NCBI GenBank assembly: GCA_963664485.1
Contig: OY761459.1
Location: forward strand, 2,225,949 to 2,289,948
DNA length: 64,000 nt
Source: Syntrophales bacterium
Lineage (GTDB): Bacteria; Desulfobacterota; Syntrophia; Syntrophales; UBA2210
Direction: 5' to 3'
Position numbers and translations under genes: made by a program. Below are positions 1 to 9,294 of the stretch, piece after piece. The notes below the pieces were generated by a model, which had not been told where the DNA came from, made no database searches, and saw only the letters and a list, made by a program, of their open reading frames with translations. Every line of letters begins with the position of its first letter. The first letter of the stretch is position 1.

Positions 1-1690
1 CTTCAACAAGAGATGCGACGATGACGCTGTGATGATATGTCCCCGGAGCCGTCATAAGCAGTTCCTGGAATATTGGTTGGTTCAGGTTGGCAAGCTCCAG
101 GAGCTTTATATCCGTCGTATAACCAAATGCGAACTCGAACAGAGGAACAAGACCGGAAACGATAAATCCCGATAAAAGACCCCCTAGAATCCCCATTGCC
201 AGATCGACCGGTATTTCAATTGTAAAGATTTTTCCGGAGAGCAGAGAAATACAGATTATGGTTACCATATTTACTGCCCCTATCAGCAGACCGGTTTTAA
301 AAAATGCCGAACGCCGTTCACAATGGATGATACGATGTACCGCGATCGCACATCCGATCAGAGAAAACAGGAACATGGATGCCGTATCTTCAAACAGAAA
401 TGCCGTTACAAGCGAAGAAAATACGGCAAAGATCAAACCCTCGTTTCTGCCGACGAGAATTGCGACAAGCATTGTGGCGGCGGTAAAAGGTATGACGTAG
501 ATACAAATGGAAGACGGATCCAGTTCATATGGTAGATTTATAGAATCGCATATGAATATACCCGCTTTTGTCAGGATTACCTGGAGTATTACCGCAATAC
601 CCATGAACAACAGATCGATGTTCACTGCTTTCGATGACCTGAATCGTACACTGGCCATACGGTAGAAAATTACGGACAGAAATATTATCGTAAGAAATAT
701 TCCTGAGAATATGGAGAGATGGACAAACCTGTTCCCTTCTTGCCCCTTATAGAACGCATCCAGCTTATCCAGGTCCTCCGGCGTTATTTTTTCACCTTCC
801 CGGATGATCATTTCGTTTTTCTGAAGTTTGTACAGCACCGGCTTTACTTCGTCGGCAACGGTCTGTTTTCTTCTTTCCGTAGAGTTTTTTGCAAAGGTAA
901 GATTTGGTATCGCGACCTTCTGGGCGATTGACACTACAATTTTATCGGGATATTCGGTCTTGAAAATCGTTTTTGCGTTTTCACGTACGATAGTGTTTAT
1001 TTTCCCGGCATCCATTATCGACGACAGGTCGTTTAATTCTCTTTCCTCCTGATTTCCTATGTTGCGTATTGTTATGCCCAGGCTCTTGTGGAGATTAAGA
1101 GTATCCCTGTTGCCGATCAGTTTATCACTGTAAGTGTAATAAATAAGCCTCACGATGTTGTTAGATATATCAGCGGAGAACCCTTTCTTGTTAAGGGTTT
1201 CGAATTCCGCGGCTGTCAGGCTTATTCCCAAGAGGTCCTCGAATGCCTTCTTTGCCTCTTCTGCAGATAATTTCGAATTATCGGGAGGTTCGGAATTTTT
1301 CTCCGAATTGTTACGCATATCGAGGAACGCCTTAGAAAGAGCCGTATCGATTTTTACCGGCAGTTCACTGTCGTAATCGTAAATAGGTTTTGTGCTTTCG
1401 ACAGCCTCAGCCCTTTTCTGCTCGGTGGCGGCTTTGTCCACCACGAGGAAATCGCGATCCGCCTGTACATCTTTTGTAATGATTGATCCTACCCTGTATT
1501 GGGGTGGCGCCAGATGAAGAATCTGCGGATAGAGCATTATAGCCAGAATCAGACTCATGGAAAAAGATATGGCAAGCTTCCAGGAAAGGCTTTCACTGAT
1601 GAATCTGTGAACGGAGTTGATTGTCCCGTTCTCTTTATTCTTCCCGCTTTGAGAGGTCTTTTTTGTCGCTATGGATGCTTTTATAGCCAT
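1..1690 (-). CDS. 7TM-HD membrane phosphohydrolase (PgpH/YqfF-like); N-terminal part only, 3' end lies beyond window start
   Basis: Absent from the ORF track because there is no stop in the window. ATG at 1690 overlaps the phoH stop (ATGA). Hand translation starts [11 protein letters not shown]...SLSWKLAISFSMSLILAIML. At the window edge it reads LMTAPGTYHHSVIVASLVE, the HD-domain His-His motif. phoH followed by a 7TM-HD gene is common synteny. Confidence 0.8.
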   Translation of the reverse strand, partial: MAIKASIATKKTSQSGKNKENGTINSVHRFISESLSWKLAISFSMSLILAIMLYPQILHLAPPQYRVGSIITKDVQADRDFLVVDKAATEQKRAEAVESTKPIYDYDSELPVKIDTALSKAFLDMRNNSEKNSEPPDNSKLSAEEAKKAFEDLLGISLTAAEFETLNKKGFSADISNNIVRLIYYTYSDKLIGNRDTLNLHKSLGITIRNIGNQEERELNDLSSIMDAGKINTIVRENAKTIFKTEYPDKIVVSIAQKVAIPNLTFAKNSTERRKQTVADEVKPVLYKLQKNEMIIREGEKITPEDLDKLDAFYKGQEGNRFVHLSIFSGIFLTIIFLSVIFYRMASVRFRSSKAVNIDLLFMGIAVILQVILTKAGIFICDSINLPYELDPSSICIYVIPFTAATMLVAILVGRNEGLIFAVFSSLVTAFLFEDTASMFLFSLIGCAIAVHRIIHCERRSAFFKTGLLIGAVNMVTIICISLLSGKIFTIEIPVDLAMGILGGLLSGFIVSGLVPLFEFAFGYTTDIKLLELANLNQPIFQELLMTAPGTYHHSVIVASLVE

Positions 1691-2688
1691 CATTCAATAT
1701 CTGCGGTCGTTTTCTTTCTGTTAAGATGGTTATACGCCCGTATAATGTCCTGAACGAGACGGTGTCTTACCACATCTATCTCCGAAAAGTAAACAAAGCG
1801 AATTCCCTCTATTCCTTTCAGGATGCTTTCCGCTTCTACCAGACCCGAAATCTTCCCGGGTGGAAGATCTGTCTGGGTCACATCGCCGGTTATGACTGTT
1901 TTCGAACCGAAACCGAGCCTCGTTAGAAACATCTTCATCTGTTCCGAAGATGTATTCTGGGCCTCGTCAAGGATTACAAAAGAATCGTTTAATGTCCTTC
2001 CTCTCATGAAGGCGAGCGGAGCGACTTCGATAATTCCTTTGCTTATCAGCGCGGATACCCGTTCGAAGTCCATCATATCGTAGAGAGCGTCGTATACAGG
2101 TCTCAGGTATGGATTAACCTTTTCGGAGAGATCGCCCGGCAGAAATCCAAGTCGTTCTCCCGCCTCTACGGCAGGTCTTGCAAGTATTATCCTGTTTACA
2201 CTCTTTTCAAGAAGCGCTCCTACGGCCATTGCCATGGCAAGGTAGGTCTTGCCTGTTCCCGCGGGGCCTATGCCGAAAACCATGTCGTGTGCCCTGATGG
2301 AATCTATATAAGACTTTTGTGCCAGGCTTTTAGGGGTAATCACTTTCTTCTTGGATGATATGAAGACAGTGTCGAGAAATATCGACTCGAGATCAGCGGA
2401 ACTGCTTTCTGAAAGTATCCGGTGCGCGTAATCTATATCGGTGGAGTAGACTGGATAACCTTTTTCAATGATACCGTATAGTTGGACTAACAGATTCTTC
2501 ACTAAACCGCGGTCGTGGGTATTTCCCGATATGGAGATGTCCCCCCCCCTGGCGTGGAGTTTTACCTTTCTCAGTTTCTCAATAAGCTTTCGATTTCCGT
2601 CATATTCTCCCATCAGTATTTTCAGCTTGTTGTCATCCGGGAAACGTACCTTCTCGACGGAATCATCTTGATGGGTTCTTGCTTCCAA
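1690..2688 (-). CDS. phoH: PhoH-like ATPase
   Basis: 332-aa ORF with Walker [14 protein letters not shown] and the PhoH signature ILDEAQN; 4-nt overlap with the downstream 7TM-HD gene. Confidence 0.9.
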   Translation of the reverse strand: MEARTHQDDSVEKVRFPDDNKLKILMGEYDGNRKLIEKLRKVKLHARGGDISISGNTHDRGLVKNLLVQLYGIIEKGYPVYSTDIDYAHRILSESSSADLESIFLDTVFISSKKKVITPKSLAQKSYIDSIRAHDMVFGIGPAGTGKTYLAMAMAVGALLEKSVNRIILARPAVEAGERLGFLPGDLSEKVNPYLRPVYDALYDMMDFERVSALISKGIIEVAPLAFMRGRTLNDSFVILDEAQNTSSEQMKMFLTRLGFGSKTVITGDVTQTDLPPGKISGLVEAESILKGIEGIRFVYFSEIDVVRHRLVQDIIRAYNHLNRKKTTADIE

Positions 2689-3144
2689 ACGCTGTCCAAT
2701 CTGTCTGTGTGATGCTGCACTGTAACATACCTTAAATATATATCCAACAGATATTGTTTTTCTCTGATTCTGACAATAAGCTTAGGTTCGCCATCTGAAA
2801 TAATTAAAAAACGTATTAATCATTCGGTAACAAGGTGTTTTGACCCAGAAAAGAAAAAATACATGCATTGCATTCTTGGCAGGACTTCCAGTAGAGTTAA
2901 ATTTTTTATATGTGTTCTCGGCTTATCGAAAAGTACCAGGAGTTATCTGGATCTGAGAAAGGGTGGACGATAAAAGTCTATCTGTATCATGCCTTGGGAT
3001 GCCATGTATTATGCAATCTGGTCATTATTTCATTGACTAAAAAGGCTCTTTTCTTATAAAAGTCGTGTTATTTTTAACAGGAGGGGAATCGTTCTGAAAA
3101 GTCATGATAACGTAGGGAATATTTCTTTAGCATGGGAAAGATTT

Positions 3145-5088
3145 ATGGCTGCTGGCACACTCAACGAAGGTGTGGTTAGGCCTGAAATCCGAGATTCATG
3201 GATCAGATCTTATGAAGCAGGAGTCAATTCAAGGGACTGTTACAATCAGTCAATTCTTAACCATTCTAAAATGAATGCACTACTGGATGCGCGTAGAGAT
3301 TTTGTCAATATTGCTAAGCATTTCATGGCTAAGCTATATGAATTTGTTAAAGGTTCCGGGTTTATGGTAGTTTTGTCAGATGAAAGAGGGTATATTTTGG
3401 AGACCATGGGCGACAACGATATTTTAAAAGTTGCCGCCAACGTAAATATAGTTAAAGGGTCTAGATGGACTGAGGATAAGAATGGCACCTGCGGCATTGG
3501 CACAGCCATTGTCCTGAAAAAAGCAATTCAAGTTTCAGGTGAGGAACATTATTGTCGGAATCTGAAGACATGGACCTGCTCCGCAGTTCCCATTTTTGAT
3601 AATGATAAGTTGATTGGGACACTGCAGATGTCAGGACCTTCCCATGCGGCCCATCTGCATACACTAGGAATGGTTGTCGCGGGTGCGGAAGCTATACAGG
3701 AACAGGCCAAGGCTGAAAAATCAAACCGGCAATTATCGGTGCTTAACGATAGTCTAAGTAATATATTTAATACCATGTCAGACGGGGCAATAATTGTCAA
3801 TAAAGATGGTTTAATCCATCAAATCAATCCTGTAGCGAAACAAATGCTAGGGAATAAGGTAATTGGCATTTCGATAGAGGATATTCTTGGAGAAAATTCT
3901 ACAATTAACAGAGTATTAGTCAATCGCAACGAATACATTGATAAAGAAATAATGATGGATACGGTCATAGGTCGCCTTGACGCCATGGTAACAGCTAAAC
4001 CAATCAAGAATGAAAAAGGGCAAGTGACCGGTGGAGTCATATTTTTCAATCCTCTACAGAAGGTTAAGAAGCTAATCAACCGTTTTGGTGGCGCTAGGGC
4101 TACATTCAAATTTAAAGATATCATAGGTTTTCATGAAAGTATGCGGTCAGCAATCCGAACAGCCTATAAAGCTGCCGCCAGCGTAAGCAATGTGCTCATT
4201 TATGGTGAAAGCGGCACCGGAAAGGAACTTTTTGCCCAAGCCATTCACAATCAGAGTCCTCGTCACAAGGGCCCCTTTCTTGCACTCAATTGTGCCGCAT
4301 TGCCGAGGGATTTAATCGCCAGTGAACTATTTGGTTATACACGAGGGGCTTTTACCGGAGCCAGTCCTCATGGTAGGCCTGGAAAATTTGAGATGGCGTC
4401 CGACGGGACGCTCTTTCTTGATGAAATCGGGGATATGCCTCTTGATCAGCAGACCTCGTTATTGAGGGTTATACAGGAAAAGAAAATTACGCGGTTAGGT
4501 GATGACAAAATGATCTCTGTGGATTGCCGGATAATTTGCGCAACCCACAAGAATCTACAGCAAGAGGTTGTAGCCGGTAATTTTCGTCAGGATCTATATT
4601 ATCGGCTGAATGTTGTCACAGTATCCGTTCCTCCCTTAAGGGCCCGTGGAAATGATGTGTTAATATTATTTGATCACCTTCTAAAAAAAATAGGTAAAAA
4701 ATTGGGTGTAACTATTAAGTCCGTACAGCCGGGAGTCAGGGAATATTTTGCGCGTTACAATTGGCCGGGAAATGTGCGTGAATTGGAAAATATAATAGAA
4801 AAAATTATCAATGTGGCAGATGATGGAAAAATTTACATCAGTCATCTGCCCGCCGAACTCTGCTCGGAACACTCAAACACTCATTTCCTAAGTGACGCAT
4901 TTTCTGCCAGCAATGAGGGAAAGATGAAAGATCTGCTCGCCGAAAAAGAGCGGCAAATTATTCTTGATCTTTTACTTAAATATAACGGTAATATAAGTCA
5001 AATAGCCAAGGGAATGAGTGTTTCTCGCAATACACTCTACCGTAAAATGCGCCTGTATAATATCAATAAAGGATATAATTTCAATTGA
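3145..5088 (+). CDS. Sigma-54-dependent transcriptional activator (AcoR-like GAF/PAS sensor, AAA+ domain, Fis-type HTH)
   Basis: Contains GESGTGKE Walker A, GAFTGA sigma-54 contact loop and a C-terminal HTH (ISQIAKGMSVSRNTLYRKM). The frame is open upstream to 3037, and ISLAWERF lies before the ATG. The true start may therefore be non-ATG, e.g. CTG 3094 after AGGAGG at 3079-3084. Confidence 0.9.
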   Translation: MAAGTLNEGVVRPEIRDSWIRSYEAGVNSRDCYNQSILNHSKMNALLDARRDFVNIAKHFMAKLYEFVKGSGFMVVLSDERGYILETMGDNDILKVAANVNIVKGSRWTEDKNGTCGIGTAIVLKKAIQVSGEEHYCRNLKTWTCSAVPIFDNDKLIGTLQMSGPSHAAHLHTLGMVVAGAEAIQEQAKAEKSNRQLSVLNDSLSNIFNTMSDGAIIVNKDGLIHQINPVAKQMLGNKVIGISIEDILGENSTINRVLVNRNEYIDKEIMMDTVIGRLDAMVTAKPIKNEKGQVTGGVIFFNPLQKVKKLINRFGGARATFKFKDIIGFHESMRSAIRTAYKAAASVSNVLIYGESGTGKELFAQAIHNQSPRHKGPFLALNCAALPRDLIASELFGYTRGAFTGASPHGRPGKFEMASDGTLFLDEIGDMPLDQQTSLLRVIQEKKITRLGDDKMISVDCRIICATHKNLQQEVVAGNFRQDLYYRLNVVTVSVPPLRARGNDVLILFDHLLKKIGKKLGVTIKSVQPGVREYFARYNWPGNVRELENIIEKIINVADDGKIYISHLPAELCSEHSNTHFLSDAFSASNEGKMKDLLAEKERQIILDLLLKYNGNISQIAKGMSVSRNTLYRKMRLYNINKGYNFN

Positions 5089-5400
5089 CGAAAGTGGAAA
5101 TGATAACCTCCTGACTTGTTAGCAAGATTTATGTTGTCGTGGAACTGACCACAGTGGGATGCGCTCGTTGAAAATCATCTACCCTCGGGTTTTGTATTTT
5201 GAGTAATTTCTTCTGCAAGACACCTGTTACACTAGCATAACACACGTTAACATCTGTCCCATAATTGTAACAATCCTACAGGTAGTCTAAAATCGGATGT
5301 CTCACGTTTAATTCGCTAACCGATCATTATGTCAGCTATCAAATGTCTAGTAAGGCTTTATTTTTGCAACAAAGTTAATGTGTTTATATAAAGTTGCCAT

Positions 5401-5865
5401 TTATTTTGTTTTCGAGTATGGATTTTGTTTTTTTAAAACTCGGCGTACCGTTTCATGGGAAATACTATCAATATAATCAAGTTCTATCATTTTATTGGCT
5501 AATAACCTCAGAGACCATCTTTTAAAGCCTTCAGGAGGTTTACTAAGACTCAATGTGACCAAGTGAGTCTCAAAATCTACGTCCGCTTTTTTGATATAGG
5601 TGCGGCTACTTTTCCCCCCGTTGAGTGCAGTTTCAAAACCATCTTCCATAAATCGTTTTTTTACACGATCGATTTTTTTCATGCTTATATTCAGAATACG
5701 CGACAGTTCCTCGTTGGTCGAGCGTTTTATTTGGTACTTTCCTGCATCACACGCGAGTAATATTAAGGCGTTAAGAATTTTTTGTGATGTGTGCTTGCCG
5801 CTTGAAGCAAGTCCGCGAAGAATATTACGTTCATTTTCGGTTAACATAACAGTATATTTCTTCAT
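5401..5865 (-). mobile_element. IS630-family transposase, N-terminal HTH part only (DDE domain missing; truncated remnant)
   Basis: 154 aa reading MKKYTVMLTENERNIL...PPEGFKRWSLRLLANKMIELDYIDSISHETVRRVLKK, typical of an IS630 OrfA. The ORF stops where the LKPW...WCIP/DDE part should begin, and no DDE coding capacity lies downstream (5089-5400). Confidence 0.55.
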
Positions 5866-5913
5866 ATTTTACCCTTCCAATTTGATTTACAATCATATCA
5901 TATTTTTGCGACA

Positions 5914-5927
5914 TGTCAAGGTTGACA
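5914..5927. promoter_or_regulatory. Perfect palindrome TGTCAA-GG-TTGACA, candidate activator (UAS) site upstream of the GRE promoter
   Basis: Inverted repeat read directly; about 45-55 bp upstream of the sigma-54 -24 element. It could alternatively belong to the IS630 end. Confidence 0.3.
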
Positions 5928-5970
5928 AAGTCCCAGCATACTACTGGTTAGCTAATTAGTATTCTTGATT

Positions 5971-5986
5971 TGGTATATTAATTGCT
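5971..5986 (+). promoter_or_regulatory. Sigma-54 (-24/-12) promoter candidate for the GRE operon
   Basis: TGGTATATTAATTGCT matches TGGCAC-N5-TTGCW with GG and GC at the correct spacing. It lies about 230 nt upstream of the GRE ATG, and a sigma-54 activator gene is nearby. Confidence 0.55.
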
Positions 5987-6215
5987 CTTCCTGATTAGCG
6001 GTTTGAGTGATTCCAATAGCTGGTTATTTTTCGAAGAGCTGTTGATTGATTTTCATATTTAACCCGTTAAAAAGTTCTTTTACATCCAGCTTTCCTTTCA
6101 CAACTCCTTTTATTATCAAATCTTTAGACAGATATTTTTGGTGGTGAATTGTCTGATTAAAGTTTCATTAAGCAAAGGTAAAATAATAAATCCAATTAGA
6201 AAAGGAGGAGTTAAC

Positions 6216-8741
6216 ATGAGTATTACTAACGCAGTATTACAGGACTATGGCACCGAAACCATAGATAAAGATTGGGGAACGGGAACGTCGGGATTGGGAG
6301 ATGGAAACTTTTCTCCTTTTGCTAGAATTAACAAATTAAGGAAAGAGTTTCTAGAAACACCGCATACCCTGGATGCAAAAAGAGCTAGCATCTGGACTGA
6401 GACCATGAAAAACAATGTTGAAAAACATTATATAGTCCGATGCGCAGAAGCATTCAGGGAAGTATTAAAAAACGTACCAATTTACATAAATGATAATCTG
6501 GTTCTGGGAGATCCTGCAGCACCGCCCCGTAGTGCACCTGTCTTTCCGGAATTTTCCTACGACTGGTTTATTGATGAGTTCGAGAACGCTCCGTTTAACA
6601 AAAGGGCCGGTGATCGCTTCGAGTACACCAAAGAAACTGAAGCGGTTCTTAAATCACTCCAGCCGTACTGGAAAAACAACACAGTCCACGACTTGGCCAA
6701 GAGTCTTATGACTGATGAAGAGCTCAAAGGTGAAGCTGCGTATGGCAAGGGATTGTTCCTGCCGGGCAACTATTTCTTCGGTGGGGTTGGACACTGTTCC
6801 CCCCGTTTTGAGCTGCTTTTTGCCAATGGTTGGAAAGGGATGCGCGAAAAAGTTGAGCAGAAAATGGCAGAGCTGGACTTAACCATTCCTGAGAATATTA
6901 GCAAGAACAACTTCTACCGGGCCGAACTGATATGCCTGGATGCGATAACCTCTTATACCTTGAGATACGCTGAAAAGACAAGAGAATTGGCCGCAGACGA
7001 GAAGGATGCACAAAGAAAAAAAGAGCTCCTGAAGTGTGCAGAAATCTGTGAATGGATTGCCGAAAATCCACCACGCACTTTTCAGGAAGCCCTGCAGATG
7101 GCTTGGTTTATCACTGTTTCGATTCTTATCGAGGGCAACGGTCATTCTATTGCGTATGGACGATTTGATCAGTACATGTACCCCTATTACCAGAAAGATC
7201 TGAAGGACGGTACTATAACCAAGGAATTTATGCAGGAACTGATCGAGTGCTTCTGGATCAAGGTCTGTGAATTGACAAAGATCAGAGATGCAGGTTCTAC
7301 GCAGGCGTTTGGCGGTGTTGAAGTAGGTGGGCCGTCATTGACTCTCGGAGGAGTAACCCCTGATGGTGAAGATGCAACCAATGAACTGAGTTTCATGGGC
7401 ATTGATGCTTTAGCCCATCTCAGACTGCAGGCCCCTTGGATAACTACCCGTCATCATGCTAACCAGCCTGAGGAATGGTGGTTGAAATGTACCAAAGTTG
7501 CCAAGATGGGTTTTGGATTACCATCCTTCTTCAACGACGAAGTTATCATTCCATCAATGACCAACCGCGGCAGGACTATTGAAGATGCGCGCGATTATAA
7601 TGCGCTTGGCTGTGTTGAACCTGATGCCGGTGGGCGAGAGTACGGCTGGCACGATGCATGTTTCTTCAACATGAATAAGGTTTATGAATTGTCACTTAAT
7701 AACGGTAGATGTATAAACTGTAATGATCAGTGCCCGCGGTATGCTATCTGTGCAGGAGCGGGAAGCCAGTTGGGTGTTGCGACAGGCTCCCTGGCTGATT
7801 TCAAATCGTTTGAAGAGGTCATGGAAGCTTATGACACACAGATGAAGTACTGGGTCGATCGCATCGTATCCTTCCTTAATAGCACCGATATTGCCCACCA
7901 GACCAGGAAACCTCTTCCTTATCTGTCGCTTCTGATTGAAGACTGTATCGATAAAGGTATCGACGTAACCGCAGGTGGTGCCCGGTATAACTTTATTGGG
8001 CCACAGGGCGTAGGAACAGCCAATGTTGCAGACGGCTTGTCAGCAGTTAAGCAGCTGGTATTCGATGAAAAAAAGGTTTCCGGAGCAGATTTCCTTGATG
8101 CGCTTAAGAAAAACTGGGAAGGTTATGAGCCGTTGTATGCTCTGGTAAACAGCGGCAAGGTTCATCATTATGGTAATGATGACGAGTATGCCGATGAATT
8201 AGGCAGATTTGCTGCTCTTTCCTACTGTAAACATCTTGAAAAACGGCCGACTGCTCATGGCGGTATCTTCCAACCGGGCTTGTATCCGGTGTCAGCCAAT
8301 GTGCCTGCCGGTGCGATGCAGGGTGCAACTCCTGATGGACGGAAGGCTGGAGAACCCACAGCAGATGGTGTATCCGCAGTCCACACCAGCAGAGGATCCC
8401 ATGATATCTCCGGTCCGACTGCGGTGGTAAAATCAGTATCAACTCTTGACCATAGTATAGCTTCCAACGGAACCTTGCTCAATATGAAGTTTACACCATC
8501 AACCCTCATGGGGGAGGTAGGCGACGAAAACTTCATCAACATGATGAAGGTTTACTTCCAGCGCAAGGGCCTGCACAATCAGATAAATGTAATCAGCAGG
8601 CAGACAATGGAGGATGCCGTTGAGAATCCGGCTAAATACAAAGGTCTGATTGTGCGAGTTGCAGGTTACAGTGCATTTTTCACAGAGCTTGACCCGAGCC
8701 TGCAGCGGGATCTCATCGAAAGGACAGAGCTTGAGTTTTAG
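6216..8741 (+). CDS. Glycyl radical enzyme, 1,2-eliminase/dehydratase-type (PFL-like fold); substrate unknown
   Basis: GGAGG RBS then ATG at 6216; the track start at 6138 adds an implausible leader. Carries the C-terminal glycyl radical motif RVAGYSAFF. The catalytic loop is GCVEP with a single Cys and a Glu, not the Cys-Cys of PFL. Confidence 0.9.
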   Translation: MSITNAVLQDYGTETIDKDWGTGTSGLGDGNFSPFARINKLRKEFLETPHTLDAKRASIWTETMKNNVEKHYIVRCAEAFREVLKNVPIYINDNLVLGDPAAPPRSAPVFPEFSYDWFIDEFENAPFNKRAGDRFEYTKETEAVLKSLQPYWKNNTVHDLAKSLMTDEELKGEAAYGKGLFLPGNYFFGGVGHCSPRFELLFANGWKGMREKVEQKMAELDLTIPENISKNNFYRAELICLDAITSYTLRYAEKTRELAADEKDAQRKKELLKCAEICEWIAENPPRTFQEALQMAWFITVSILIEGNGHSIAYGRFDQYMYPYYQKDLKDGTITKEFMQELIECFWIKVCELTKIRDAGSTQAFGGVEVGGPSLTLGGVTPDGEDATNELSFMGIDALAHLRLQAPWITTRHHANQPEEWWLKCTKVAKMGFGLPSFFNDEVIIPSMTNRGRTIEDARDYNALGCVEPDAGGREYGWHDACFFNMNKVYELSLNNGRCINCNDQCPRYAICAGAGSQLGVATGSLADFKSFEEVMEAYDTQMKYWVDRIVSFLNSTDIAHQTRKPLPYLSLLIEDCIDKGIDVTAGGARYNFIGPQGVGTANVADGLSAVKQLVFDEKKVSGADFLDALKKNWEGYEPLYALVNSGKVHHYGNDDEYADELGRFAALSYCKHLEKRPTAHGGIFQPGLYPVSANVPAGAMQGATPDGRKAGEPTADGVSAVHTSRGSHDISGPTAVVKSVSTLDHSIASNGTLLNMKFTPSTLMGEVGDENFINMMKVYFQRKGLHNQINVISRQTMEDAVENPAKYKGLIVRVAGYSAFFTELDPSLQRDLIERTELEF

Positions 8742-8782
8742 CTTTACTTTGAACGAATGAGAACGAAAAAAGGGAGATAAGT

Positions 8783-9187
8783 ATGAAAATGACACTGAAT
8801 CTTGCACTTAAAATGATTGCTGCCGCTGAAAAAAAAGCGAAGTCTATCAAGGTCCCACAGGTTATTGCAGTCGTAGATGACGGTGGTAATCTGGTGGCTC
8901 AGCATCGTATGGACGGCGCCATTTTTGCCAGCATTGATATTTCGTACAGCAAGGCTTTTACAGCTGTGGCTACAAAAACGCCCAGCCATATTTTGGGTGA
9001 AGCGGCCCAGGCGGGCGGTCCTCTCTTCGGACTGAATACAACCAATAATGGCAGAATTGTTATATTCGGCGGCGGGTATCCGGTAATGGGCAAAGACGGC
9101 AAAGTCATTGGAGCTATTGGCGTCAGTGGCGGATCAGTTGAAGATGATATGGCGTGTGCAGAAGCTGGATTGGAAGTGTTGAAGTAA
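8783..9187 (+). CDS. GlcG/DUF336 (HbpS-like, putative haem-binding) protein
   Basis: 134 aa with the typical DUF336 pattern: VAVVDDGGNLVA..RMDGA, then ISYSKAFTA, then GGGYPV..GKVIGAIGVSGG. Confidence 0.85.
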   Translation: MKMTLNLALKMIAAAEKKAKSIKVPQVIAVVDDGGNLVAQHRMDGAIFASIDISYSKAFTAVATKTPSHILGEAAQAGGPLFGLNTTNNGRIVIFGGGYPVMGKDGKVIGAIGVSGGSVEDDMACAEAGLEVLK

Positions 9188-9294
9188 CTGAAAAGCTATG
9201 CCTGGGATGAATAATGAATCATCCCGGGCATAGCCAAAGATTATGGATCTGTACTTGGACTGATGTTGAAATCTGAGAGGAGGAAATTACAAAA

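Noticed and set aside
6138-6215. 26-codon N-terminal extension of the GRE given by the ORF track (MVVNCLIKVSLSKGKIINPIRKGGVN).
   Set aside because: It starts at a non-ATG codon with no RBS. The GGAGG RBS for ATG 6216 lies inside it, and GRE homology begins after Met 6216.
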